From Lytechinus pictus (taxonomy: Eukaryota), in assembly GCF_037042905.1 (NCBI RefSeq), contig NC_087251.1, positions 6,946,001 to 7,010,000 on the forward strand: a stretch of 64,000 nt of DNA, in the 5' to 3' direction. How positions within the stretch are numbered: position 1 is the first letter of the stretch; every line of letters begins with the position of its first letter. The notes beneath the pieces were generated by a model. The model was not told the DNA's origin, ran no database searches, and worked only from the letters and a program-made list of their open reading frames with translations. Made by a program: the position numbers and the translations under genes. Shown here one piece after another: positions 1 through 12,800 of this stretch.

Positions 1-432
1 TTGAAATGCTTAAAATGACCTAAAACGTACTCTGTTTTGGTCAAAAAGTGATTTTTAGCATTTTAAAATTTTGACGCGCGCGTACGCGCGCGTCGTGACC
101 TTCAGGTGACCTTTGATGACATGACCTGATGACCCTTGATCTGAAGTTTATGTCATGTGAATTTGATTTATTTTTGATAATTGATAATGGAGATATGATT
201 GATAATGTGATTTTACAAAATGGCGTCTAGATGACGTCATGATGACGTCATGACATTAAGATTCTTGCAGAATTGAGGTCTTATTGATGTTGATATGTGG
301 TGATATTTTGATGATTATTGAATATGAACTTTCTGAGATTTGCTGTCCACAAGAAATGGAGGAAATAAAAATAAGAAATAAGAATAAACTAGATTTTAAT
401 TCGTCATGCGGACGAATTAGGTGGTCTGTCGT

Positions 433-1136
433 ATAGATAGATAAACAGGAAAAAAATATTTAAACAGATATTAGATTGAAAAATAGATAGACAAACAGAT
501 TTACATAATCAAACAGATACATACAAGAAAGATAATTATATTAGATGGATGGAGTGATGGATGGAGAGATAAATTATAGGTGGTTATATTAATAAAACAT
601 AGACATATATAGATAGATATAGAGAGACAGACATATAGATAGAGAGACAGACATATAGATAGATAGAGAGACAGACTTATAGATAGAGAGATAGATTGAT
701 AGATATATAGATATATAGATAGATAGAGAGATGATTGGTGGTTATATTAATAAAACATATATAAACATATAGATAGAAAGAGAGACAGACAGATAGATAG
801 ATAGACAGATAGATAGACAGACATATATATAGATAGAGAGACAGACATATCATGAAGCTATTACGAGCTATCTCGTAATAGCTTCATGCTGCGTGGTCCT
901 ATCGCGTTATGTAAGCGGGCTCTAACTTTCGCCTGGCGGCTCGCCAATTGATGTTAGATATCGTTCCTTCGCCCGAAGGAAGCGATAACAAAGGATTAAG
1001 AGAGAAATTGGAAGATGGTTCTCCTTCTCGTGATAGCTTCATGGATAGATAGACAGACATATAGATAGACAAACATATAGATAGACAGAGAGACAGAAAT
1101 ATAGATAGATAGAGAGACAGACATATAGATGGATAT

Positions 1137-1173
<37 letters not shown>

Positions 1174-1605
1174 CATATAGATAGATACAGAGACAGACAT
1201 ATAGATTGATAGAGATCGAGACAGAGATAGATAGAGAGACAGACATATAGATGAATAGAGAGACAGACATATAGATAGATAGATAGATAGATAGACAGAT
1301 AGATAGATAGATAGAGAGACAGACAGACAGATAGATAGATAGATATATAGATAGATAGATAGATAGAGACAGGCAGATGGATGGATAGATAGATAGACAT
1401 ATCTAAACAGATAGATACATATATATTAGACAGAGAGAGAGAGAGAGAGATAAACAGACAGATAGATATACAATGTAGGTAGATAGACAGACAGACATAT
1501 GGATAGATAGAGAGAGAGGGACGTATTCAAACAGAAAGATATATATTAGACAGAGAGATAGATATGTCATGTAGGTAGATAGACAGACAGATAAATAGAT
1601 ATGAT
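433..1605. repeat. Degenerate (GATA/GACA/GAGA)n microsatellite inside Helentron-like unit (shorter copy at ~3060-3676)
   Basis: Directly visible tetranucleotide runs; source of the spurious YLSI-repeat ORFs 899-1400. Confidence 0.95.
851..1043. mobile_element. ~193 bp MITE-like insertion in the GATA tract of one array unit only
   Basis: CATGAAGCTATTACGAG (851-867) vs CTCGTGATAGCTTCATG (1027-1043), a 16/17 inverted match. Left end is itself a palindrome (851-888). Absent from the sister unit at ~3440-3470. Confidence 0.65.
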
Positions 1606-1694
1606 ATAAAAAAGTAATTATAATCTGTTTTATTTTGCAATATTTTAGCTATTATTTGTTAGAATTCTTATAATTGATCGTGGGCAAGATAGCT

Positions 1695-1805
1695 AAAAAA
1701 AAAAAAAAAAAAAAAAAAATCATGTTCACCCGCGGACTCGAACCCCTGCCTGCATGATGGAATGAGAAGTAAGTCTGACGCCTAACCGATTGAGCTAGAA
1801 TATTT
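1695..1805 (-). ncRNA. tRNA-derived RNA Pol III cassette (A box, B box, oligo-T terminator); not a functional tRNA
   Basis: Minus strand reads TAGCTCAATCGG (A box, 1797-1786) ... GGTTCGAGTCC (B box, 1744-1734), then 25 T (1719-1695). Acceptor and anticodon stems do not pair properly. Confidence 0.6.
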
Positions 1806-3765
1806 CCCATAGACTTAACACGTAAGCAAAACACAAGAATCTCAAATCCAATCTTGCCAGTGAATTACGGGCATGATCCCGACATCTGATCGGAAAATGA
1901 AGGGAACGCAACCGAAAGCTTAGAATCTCAGCTACAACATACTAAAAGCTCAGGGATAACTAGCAACAAAAATTGGAGATATGGCTTACGAAATAGAAGA
2001 ATGTAGAATCTAGTTTTGAGAAAAAGTCATGTCCCATAGAGATTACACGCAAAATGAGTAAAAATGACATGCCATTATTATTTGCAATTTTTGAGGATGA
2101 TTTGTTTATCAAAATGAAAAATAAAGGCAATAACTCAGAAAGAGTAAGAACTAAGCTACAACATATCAAAAATTGGGTGAAAATTGACCAATATTCACGG
2201 AGTTAGAGCAAGATTTGCATAATTATAATGACGTCATAATAGGCAAAATGGATTTTTTTGACTTCCGACGCCATTTTGATGACGTCATAATATAATTGAG
2301 GGTCAAATGAGACATGAAATTATATCTCTAGTTCATACTCTATCAAAATATGAAAAAAAAATTGGGGGTCCCCATGCGTTCTGAAGAGCTACAGCGGATT
2401 TTCTATAGGCATATTTTTGCCCATATATGGCCTATAGTGAGAGCTCGCGCGCACACGTGCTGCAAACTTTAACGGGTGTTAATTTCCTTATTAATGGTCG
2501 TAGAAGGTTGATCAAGGTATCAAATTGCTCAAAATTATATGATCAATGCAATGAAATAAAAAAACGGTGTTTCTGAGTTGCATTGAGGCGTTACGCGCGG
2601 AAACGCGCGCGCATACGTTTGCGCGCGCAATTTTTTGAAATGCTTAAAATGACCTAAAACGTACTCTGTTTTGGTCAAAAAGTGATTTTTAGCATTTTAA
2701 AATTTTGACGCACGCGTACGCGCGCGTCGTGACCTTCAGGTGACCTTTGATGACATGACCTGATGACCCTTGATCTGAAGTTTATGTCATGTGAATTTGA
2801 TTTATTTTTGATAATTGATAATGGAGATATGATTGATAATGTGATTTTACAAAATGGCGTCTAGATGACGTCATGATGACGTCATGACATTAAGATTCTT
2901 GCAGAATTGAGGTCTTAATGATGTTGATATGTGGTGATATTTTGATGATTATTGAATATGAACTTTCTGAGATTTGCTGTCCACAAGAAATGGAGGAAAT
3001 AAAAATAAGAAATAACTAGATTTTAATTCGTCATGCGGACGAATTAGGTGGTCTGTCGTATAGATAGATAAACAGGAAAAAAATATTTAAACAGATATTA
3101 GATTGAAAAATAGATAGACAAACAGATTTACATAATCAAACAGATACATACAAGAAAGATAATTATATTAGATGGATGGAGTGATGGATGGAGAGATAAA
3201 TTATAGGTGGTTGTATTAATAAAACATAGACATATATAGATAGATATAGAGAGACAGACATATAGATAGAGAGACAGACATATAGATAGATAGAGAGACA
3301 GACTTATAGATAGAGAGATAGATTGATAGATATATAGATATATAGATAGATAGAGAGATGATTGGTGGTTATATTAATAAAACATATATAAACATATAGA
3401 TAGAAAGAGAGACAGACAGATAGATAGATAGACAGATAGATAGACAGACATATATATAGATAGATAGACATATCTAAACAGATAGATACATATATATTAG
3501 ACAGAGAGAGAGAGAGAGAGATAAACAGACAGATAGATATACAATGTAGGTAGATAGACAGACAGACATATGGATAGATAGAGAGAGAGGGACGTATTCA
3601 AACAGAAAGATATATATTAGACAGAGAGATAGATATGTCATGTAGGTAGATAGACAGACAGATAAATAGATATGATATAAAAAAGTAATTATAATCTGTT
3701 TTATTTTGCAATATTTTAGCTATTATTTGTTAGAATTCTTATAATTGATCGTGGGCAAGATAGCT

Positions 3766-3876
3766 AAAAAAAAAAAAAAAAAAAAAAAAATCATGTTCAC
3801 CCGCGGACTCGAACCCCTGCCTGCATGATGGAATGAGAAGTAAGTCTGACGCCTAACCGATTGAGCTAGAATATTT
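3766..3876 (-). ncRNA. Second copy of the tRNA-derived Pol III cassette
   Basis: Same A box/B box/T-run, 2071 bp downstream of the first copy, in the next array unit. Confidence 0.6.
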
Positions 3877-6865
3877 CCCATAGACTTAACACGTAAGCAA
3901 AACACCAGAATCTCAAATCCAATCTTGCAAGTGAATTACGGGCATGATCCCGACATCTGATCGGAAAATGAAGGAAACGCAACCGAAAGCTTAGAATCTC
4001 AGCTACAACATACTAAAAGCTCAGGGATAACTAGCAACAAAAATTGGAGATATGGCTTACGAAATAGAAGAATGTAGAATCTAGTTTTGAGAAAAAGTCA
4101 TGTCCCATAGAGATTACACGCAAAATGAGTAAAAATGACATGCCATTATTATTTGCAATTTTTGAGGATGATTTGTCTATCAAAATGAAAAATAAAGGCA
4201 ATAACTCAGAAAGAGTAAGAACTAAGCTACAACATATCAAAAATTGGGTGAAAATAGACCGATATTCACGGAGTTAGAGCAAGATTTGCATAATTATAAT
4301 GACGTCATAATAGGCAAAATGGATTTTTTGACTTCCGACGCCATTTTGATGACGTCATAATATAATTGAGGGTCAAATGAGACATGAAATTATATCTCTA
4401 GTTCATACTCTATCAAAATATGAAAAAAAAATTGGGGGTCCCCACGCGTTCTGAAGAGCTACAGCGGATTTTCTATAGGCATGTTTTTGCCCATATATGG
4501 CCTATAGTGAGAGCTCGCGCGCACACGTGCTGCAAACTTTAACGGGTGTTAATTACCTTATTAATGGTCGTAGAAGGTTGATCAAGGTATCAAATTGCTC
4601 AAAATTATATGATCAATGCAATGAAATAAAAAAAACGGTGTTTCTGAGTTGCATTCAAGGCGTTACGCGCGGAAACGCGCGCGCATACGTTTGCGCGCGC
4701 AATTTTTTGAAATGCTTAAAATGACCTAAAACGTACTCTGTTTTGGTCAAAAAGTGATTTTTAGCATTTTAAAATTTTGACGCGCGCGTACGCGCGCGTC
4801 GTGACCTTCAGGTGACCTTTGATGACATGACCTGATGACCCTTGATCTGAAGTTTATGTCATGTGAATTTGATTTATTTTTGATAATTGATAATGGAGAT
4901 ATGATTGATAATGTGATTTTACAAAATGGCGTCTAGATGACGTCATGATGACGTCATGACATTAAGATTCTTGCAGAATTGAGGTCTTATTGATGTTGAT
5001 ATGTGCTGATATTTTGATGATTATTGAATATGAACTTTCTGAGATTTGCTGTCCACAAGAAATGGAGGAAATAAAAATAAGAAATAAAGAAAGAAAGAAA
5101 ATTCGGACAAACATAAGAGGTGATCTGTCATAGACAGACCACCTAATAAATAATAAAGAAAGAAAATTCGGACAAACATAAAAGGTGATCTGTCATAGAC
5201 AGACCACCTAATAAAAAAGCCTTGGACACAGTGCAAAAAACCTAACGATTTGGCCGCGTTGTTAACAACTATCGTAGGGGCGCTTTATTTATAAATAAAA
5301 AAGAATATGCAGCTGTCTATGGCGACGTGGTTTGTCGCGAGATTTGAGACAAATCCGTGGGAATTCTTGAGAAAATACATCAAAAGAACCGGTGAGTACC
5401 GATTAAACATTATTAAAGTTGTAAATAGATTATACATACCTTGTAGATTTAGTTTTTAAGGTGATATTAGTGCTTAGTTCTAAGCTAGGGAGGCCCAAAC
5501 GCGCGTGAGCGGAGTCCCACTTTATTAACACGGGTAAGTATTGCGGTGTCGCCTAGAGTGATTTTATCCAGTTTTTTGTTTTTAATCTTTAAATTTTTTT
5601 CTCCTTATACCTCATAAAGTAAGCTCCATCCATACATCAATTCTACAATCAGTAATGAATAAAACATTATTTGATCTCCATTTATTAAAATATATGATTG
5701 GCATTATCGTGGTTTATGTCACCAGTCCATTCACTGCCGTTTATTTCGTCAGCGGTGGTGACATCTTTCCACTCCCATTGACTTTGTACACAACGAGCGC
5801 ACACACACCGACACACACGAGAAGAGCTAGAGGTGACAAATTTCACGATAAGGCCATATGATTTTATGAAAAGTCGTCATTCCGAAATAAAAGGTTCAGG
5901 TGATGATGAAGACTAAATATTTTTTCGATACTATCGATATCAAACGATGTTGCGGACTTGGAAGACAAAATTGCCTTCGTGAAACGGAAAGCGCTGATTT
6001 GTCGCCAATCTTCCATTCTCGGAAGAATGGTCCTAGGACGTTCCTACGTATCGCTCATCTCGTCATGCAACAGGCCCCATCTCATCATGCAACAGGCCCC
6101 AGGGCAGCTCCATAGACATTTATTTGCTACTCACCGCCGTCTTTCCGTTTTCTTGCAAGCCGACGCTTCCCCGACTGATTTTGTCTCGTCCACGCCTCGC
6201 TTACCGGTCACATCTTCACTGGTGTGGATTTTGCTCGTAGAACTAGAAGTTGTGTCACCCCGGAAACGCATTGTTCTTATAAATTGTTGTGTATAACTGT
6301 TATTTGATCGATATATTTTTGTAGCTTACAAATCCACATGAAACTCTACACGTGAAATAGTTTAATTCAAATAAAAAGTAAACACTGCTCCACTTCTCTC
6401 TCGATCATTGCTCATCATGCAAAATTCCACGGCCGACCACAACGTAAACTCGGAGTTACGCAATGCCGGCCTAGCGCTAGCCTCTATGATATGAGGTCAA
6501 CGAACTTTTTAAGAGTTTAGTTTACCTTTACAGACTTAACACAATAGACTCGAGTTGTTAAAATTTATCAATTTATCAAAGCTCCATATCACAATCATGG
6601 CATGGTGAATTGATGTATTATATAAATGGTTATAAATTATGGTTATTGATTTTTTACAGGAATATCGAAATTTGTATCGTGGGAACAATGAGTTCGATGA
6701 ACCAAAAACTCAAACTCCTCTCTGACTTCGAGTGAGACTATCTAAAGGCCTTGAAGAGATCGAGAAAGAAGGCCGGTGTAGCGACCGGAACATGGTCATG
6801 GGTCTATATTAAAGTCTTGATATATTTCACTTATTTGTCATTTTTAGAAAATAAAAGTAATAACA

Positions 6866-9800
6866 ATGCTTCACAAATTACGCCCATGGATATTTTACCC
6901 AAACTACCGGCTATTCTGCAGAAGTACTCGCCTATCTTGCGTGAAAATGGTAAGTAGAATTCAACCCATTTTCCCGATTTAGTCAATCTCGCTTAGAAGT
7001 TAGAGTTAGAGTTAGACTCTTTATTTTAGTAACCGGTAACCCACTAATTAAACCGGGGAGCTCCGGCCCGCTTCGCGGTCCGGAGTCCAGGGGCCGATTG
7101 CACGAAAGGGTCTTTCCAAGGAACGTCTTTCGTGTCGCCCATCTTTTATGATACGCCATGTAAAACGCATTTCAAATAAATTATCTGCAAATATATTTTA
7201 TTTGTCCGTTAAAATAAACAAAATATTTGTTTATAAAATGATGTGATATCTCATAAAATTGTATAAAATTTGATTTAAAAGCAAGCTTACGAATTTTATT
7301 TGTTTATCATAAATTTCAGAAACACCCCGCTTATAGCCACTCATTCAATGAACAAGGTTATGATATAACCACTCATTCAATGAACAAGGTTATGATATAA
7401 CCTTGTTCTCAGTTATATCTCCATGTGTGGCAAAATAAGGGTGGCAATGTTTGGCTTATTTTATCTTTTTCTTTGGGACAAATGCTTGATTTTTTTACAC
7501 TGACAGTTTCCATTACACTTATTCGTCATACAACTTGGCCCTTAAGTAAATTTGATTCTTTAAATTATTTTTTTCATAATTAAAAATAGAGATTAAAAAA
7601 TGAAAATTTTCTTGCCATATAACTTTCTACCAATAGAGGGCGTACACAAAAATATGCCAAAAATTCAAGTTTTTGAGCGCTTTAGTGAATACAAAAATTA
7701 TTCCCAAGTTACTATTAAAAAATAAATTGCAACTGTATGGAAATTGTTAATTTTGGTCACAAAAGTGATATTTTAATGATTTTTTAAAGTGTGGCTCTGT
7801 ACAGCTTTGGCATGCCATAGTCCTACCTGTAGATTCCCCACAGGTAGGATGGTTGCAGTGAACAAGTGGATATAACCTTGTTCTCAGTTATATCTCCATG
7901 TGTGGCAAAATAAGGATGGCAATGTTTGGCTTATTTTCTCTTTTTATTTGGAACAAATGATTGATTTTTTTAAACTGACAGTTTCCATTACACCTTTTTG
8001 TCATACAACTTGGCCCTTAAGTAAATTTGATTCTTTAAATTATTTTTTTCTTAATTAAAAATAGAGATAAAAAATGAAAATTTTCTTGCCATATTATTTT
8101 CCACCAATAGAGGGCGTACACAAAAATATGCCCAAAATTCAAGTTTTTGAGCGCTGTAGTGAAAACAAAAATTATTCCCAAGTTACTAATGAAAAATAAA
8201 TTGCAACTGTATGGAAATTAGTAATTTTGGTCACAAAAGTGATATTTTAATGATTTTTTAAAGTGTGTGCTCTGTACAGAATTGGCATGCCATAGTCCAA
8301 CCTGTAGATTCCCCACAGGCAGGGTGGTTGCAGTGAACAAGTGCTTATAGCGCACCATAAAAGATGGGCGACACGAAAGACGGTCCTTGGAAAGACCCTT
8401 TCGTGCAATCGGCCCCAGGGGTGGTATTCTGGGGCCGATTGCACGAAAGGGTCTTTGCAAGGCCCAAAACGAACAACAACAACAACAACTAACTAACAAC
8501 AACAACAATTTGCAAGGACCGTCTTTCGTGTCGCCCATCTTTTATGATGCGCCATGTGAAACACATTTTGAATAAATTATTTGCAAACATATTTCATTCG
8601 TCCGTTAAAATATTTGTTTATAAAATGGGAGTACCTTTAGAATCCAATGTCATGAATCGATTACAAAAGAGCAATTACCTACTAATTGCTGCTGCCGGTG
8701 TGGTGCGATATCAGTTTTGTCGCCCTCTACGTTCGTGAGTGAATTAAGAGTCCCCGGCGACAAGCAGGAATCGGATCGGGAGATGGATAAAGGATGGGGG
8801 GAGGGGGCAGATGGGGGAGGGGGGATGGCCCCGTAGAGGGAGTACACGACTTGTCCAATGTGGTGGATGTAGTAGGAGAGAGTGAAGTAATGGCAGGTGA
8901 TATAATAATCAGAGGACTTAAAAAGGGATGATATATATGAAGGGATCAAAGAGGGGGCGCGTGATCGAGGACACGTGCAATGGCTTATTATAATCACTCG
9001 GGTCGCGTTCGCGTTCGAAATCACTCGGGTCGCGTTCGAAATCACTCGGGTTTTGGATTTTTGGCGATTTTTTTTTTATTTCGATGCGATTTTTTTTTCT
9101 AACGGTGTCTTCAATGGGACAAACACGCTGGGCAAATAAAATGAAATTGAAATTCTAGTTTCGTTTTCAGCCAGCAAATGCCTTAAATAAAATGCATCAT
9201 CTTAAAGGCGCAAGTGCAATTAAAATGTAATAGAAGTCGCAAGCACGCGCGATGATTCGGAACATGTTATTAAAATGCTGTGGGGAGGTAACGTTTTCAA
9301 ATCAATTTATTACTATCTTCAGAAATTAACTTTTGATAACCAAGAACAAATATAAAAGAAGCGGGGTCCGCTATCACCACGAGGTTGAAGAGAAGTGTCT
9401 ATCATCATAAAGGAGGTAAGAGAGTAGTGCAGTGATGTCCGTCGATAATACGACCTTTAAAATTTCACGGCGGCGTCCGCTATCACCACGAGGTTGAAGA
9501 GAAGATATCTATCCTCGTAAACATCGTCAGAGATAATACTGCGTCCTTCTCCCTGATTAATGCGACCTCTAAATAGCTAGCACCTCAAAAAAATCTTATG
9601 TATATATGTTCTGAACGATCACGCACTGTAACTAGATCTACGCCGATATTTTATATCCGATTTTTCCTTCAAGGGGCATGATCGAAGATTGGCAGGTGAT
9701 CGCGCCGATTGTGGCAAAATCGGGTAAAATCGGGAGCCGATTTTAAAATCGGTTAATTAGAACAGGTACAATTACGATTTTAAAATTTAAAATTAATTTT

Positions 9801-12800
9801 AAATCGATTTCCAAAATCAATTTCAAAATCGATCTAAGATCAATTTTAGATCAGTTTTAGTATTAGTTTTTAAAAGCCCATTCACATTTTTACTGATGCT
9901 GACGAAAAGTTAGTTTGGTTGTCAGAGCGTTATTTGTCCTGCGTCTAAATAACTATGTCCGATCGAAGGACCGTTTTAATTTCGGAAAGGTAGGAGAGAC
10001 AGAGAGAGAGACTGATCCCCGTTCAGCTCAACGTATACGTTTGGCACGCGAGCACAAAGAAGATCAATTAAGCACATCACCTAATGCAATGTTTCGAGAA
10101 TTTAGGTAGGGAATTTTTTAGGTCTCCAGTTACTCTCCAGTTACTTAAAACATGATATGGCCATTTTATCTATAAAATAGGACAAATTTTATGAGAAATG
10201 GACAATAGTTAAGAGCAGAATTTTAAAACGCCTATCGGAAAGATCGTCCTCAAAGCTCATTACGTATTAGACAGCTGGCAGCCGTCTGTTTCGAGTTTTT
10301 TAACATTTTTATTTCTCCTCGTACACAGACGGCTCGCTATGGTGCAACCATCATGACGGGGTTAACAATGCAAAATCCCCCAGACGGCGCTCATCGATTT
10401 TTGTCTTTATTTCATAAAAATATATGGAAAGAACTGTATCAAATAAATATTATTATTCCGTTTTGTCCTAAAATGCACCAAAAAAAGAGAAAATAAACTT
10501 AAAAGGGGAAAAACAGTAACTAATTGCTTCGGCTGTCGCGCAACTTCACTTCCCCGTTTTATTGGAACTTAATGCATAAACATATGGCCATTGAGTCCCT
10601 GTACAGATCGAGCTAGAACTTCGGTCTCTGTATTGGTGAGTGGAGCTAATGGAGTTCAGCGGAACAACGAACATTACAGACTGGAGACCGAAGCTTTTGG
10701 TCTAATTACGTATATATATGCATTAAACCACGGATGGCTGGCTATGCATACCGCTGAATAAAATACTTTCGGACGAGCTGCAGACTGACTGGCACTGTAA
10801 CGTGGGATCTAACTCGGCTGGACTCACGTTACCTTGCTCCATGCTACCGATGCACGCCGTGTCCGACCGTGGCCGGGTCCTGCCTTGGGGCCATTGCATG
10901 CAGGCATACATGTCCGTACATGGGAATGACGATGTAATATCGATGTGGCAGATATGGCAAGTTCCGACTCGGAGTCCTCGTATAAAAACAGTAGAAGTCT
11001 GGATGTATTCTAGGATAGTTGAGCCACATGGCTGATTTGCTTGTTTGTTATGTTAAGCAGTAGGCGAGTGCCTTTTATTTAAGGCACTTGCCGGCTTAAA
11101 ACGAAACTAGAATTTGAATTTCATTTTATTTTCCCAGCGTGTTTGTCCCATTGAAGACACCGTTAGAAAAAAAAATCGCATCGAAATAAAAAAAATCGCT
11201 AAAAATCCAAAACCCGAGTGATTTCGAACGCGACCCGAGTGATTTCGAACGCGAACGCGACCCGAGTGATTATAACAAGCCCGTGCAATGGTATATAATT
11301 ATGTTGATGATGTTGTTTAAGGAATGATATACGTTGATATCTATATATGGATACAGAATACTTGGATACTATTATATTAAAACATGTATGGATATGAATA
11401 CATGGATACGTGGATACTTGGATACTATTGGATACTTGGATACTTGGATACGTGGATACGCCGATACGTGGATACTTGGATACTATTGGATACTTGGATA
11501 CGTGGATACTTGGATACTGTTGGATACTTGGATACTTGGATACGTGGATACGCGGATACGTGGATACGCGGATACTATTGGATACTTGGATACTTGGATA
11601 CGTGGATACGTGGATACGCGGATACGTGGATACGTGGATACTTGGATACTATTGGAGACTTGGATACTTGGATACTTGGATACGTGGATACGTGGATACG
11701 CGGATACGTGGATACGTGGATACTTGGATACTGTTGCATGGATACTTGGATACTTGGATACGTGGATACGCGGATACGTGGATACGTGGATACTTGGATA
11801 CTATTGGATACTTGGATACGTGGATACGTGGATACGCGGATACGTGGATACGTGGATACTTTGATACTATTGGATACTTGGATACTTGGATACGTGGATA
11901 CGCGGATACGTGGATACTTGGATACTATTGGAGACTTGGATACTTGGATACGTGGATACGCGGATACGTGGATACGGGGATCTTAGATACCTTTGGTTAC
12001 ATGGATACTTGGATACGCGGCTACGGGCACATGCCTACATGAAAACTTAGATACATAGATACTTGGATAAGAACATCAAGGAGTTTTTGATACTCTGGAA
12101 CATGGAAAACACATGAAGAAGTGCATGATACTAAGTGTACTTTTAGAACGAAGCATCACAGACCCTAATTACCTTATTTTCAGATAATTGACATCGTCAC
12201 TTTTAATCTGTATTTTTCTTGAGAGAAAAGATAGAAAAGGCTACTTTCATCAGTGAATCGTTAAAAATTGGCTGCTCTCTTTATAATTATAACGAGACAT
12301 ATATATCAATTCCCTAAGCCCATATGATTACATTTTGACCAATTAATCTTAATCCTTTTTAGGATTGATTTTATTTAATTAAGTTGATTTCAGTAAACAA
12401 AATATAAATAAACTATTTGGATTATTATAGATTTTTCAGTCAACATAAAAGAAGGCTAATATAATAACATGTACGAATATGCAGCTTAAAGGTCAAGTCT
12501 ACCCAAAAAGTTATTGATTTGAATCAATAGAGAAATAAGAAACAAGCCAATTTCATCAAAAAACGTATGTAAAATAAGAAAGTTATGACATTTGGAAGTT
12601 TTTCGCTTATATTTCGCAAAACAATTACAATCATGTACAACTCAGTGATAAGTAATAAGACACGAGCAACAGAGAACAACAAAATAGTTAAGTAAGGGGA
12701 TAATAAGAACGATATACGTTTTGGTTATATTAAAATGACCAATCAATTTCAAAACATTGGTTACAATTCGACAATTAATTTCACTCACTCCTGTTGGTAA

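Larger units (their letters stand above)
1..5212 (-). mobile_element. Tandem/nested array of a non-autonomous Helentron-type (HINE/DINE-1-like) element, ~2.07 kb unit; extends beyond left edge
   Basis: Near-identical units: TTGAAATGCTTAAAATGACC recurs at 1, 2635 and 4707. Sub-terminal inverted repeat ATTAGGTGGTCTGTC (416-430, 3043-3057) vs GACAGACCACCTAAT (5133-5147, 5198-5212). Hairpin TAATTCGTC-atgcg-GACGAATTA (397-419) next to CTAG (389, 3016) gives the minus-strand 3' end. 5' hairpin AGGTGATCTGTC-ata-GACAGACCACCT. Internal GATA/GACA microsatellite. No TSD; A/T-run flanks. Confidence 0.75.

Noticed and set aside
899..1400. ORFs rich in YLSI/SIYL
   Set aside because: Translation of the GATA microsatellite.
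1721..1800. Functional tRNA gene
   Set aside because: A and B boxes are present but acceptor and anticodon stems do not pair; kept only as a tRNA-derived cassette.
5900..6296. ORFs 5900-6115 and 5958-6296
   Set aside because: No recognisable homology or compatible splice structure; cannot be supported as coding.
6999..7016. (GTTAGA)3 as a telomere-like repeat
   Set aside because: Only three units and not TTAGGG.
11334..12042. Three overlapping 176-210 aa DTWIRGY ORFs (also 18329-18879)
   Set aside because: Stop-free 8-mer minisatellite read in all frames; not a protein.
11345..12070. Possible CRISPR-like array
   Set aside because: No unique spacers, eukaryotic context and no cas genes; it is a plain minisatellite. 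The same applies to the repeats at 50798-52205 and 60510-61700.
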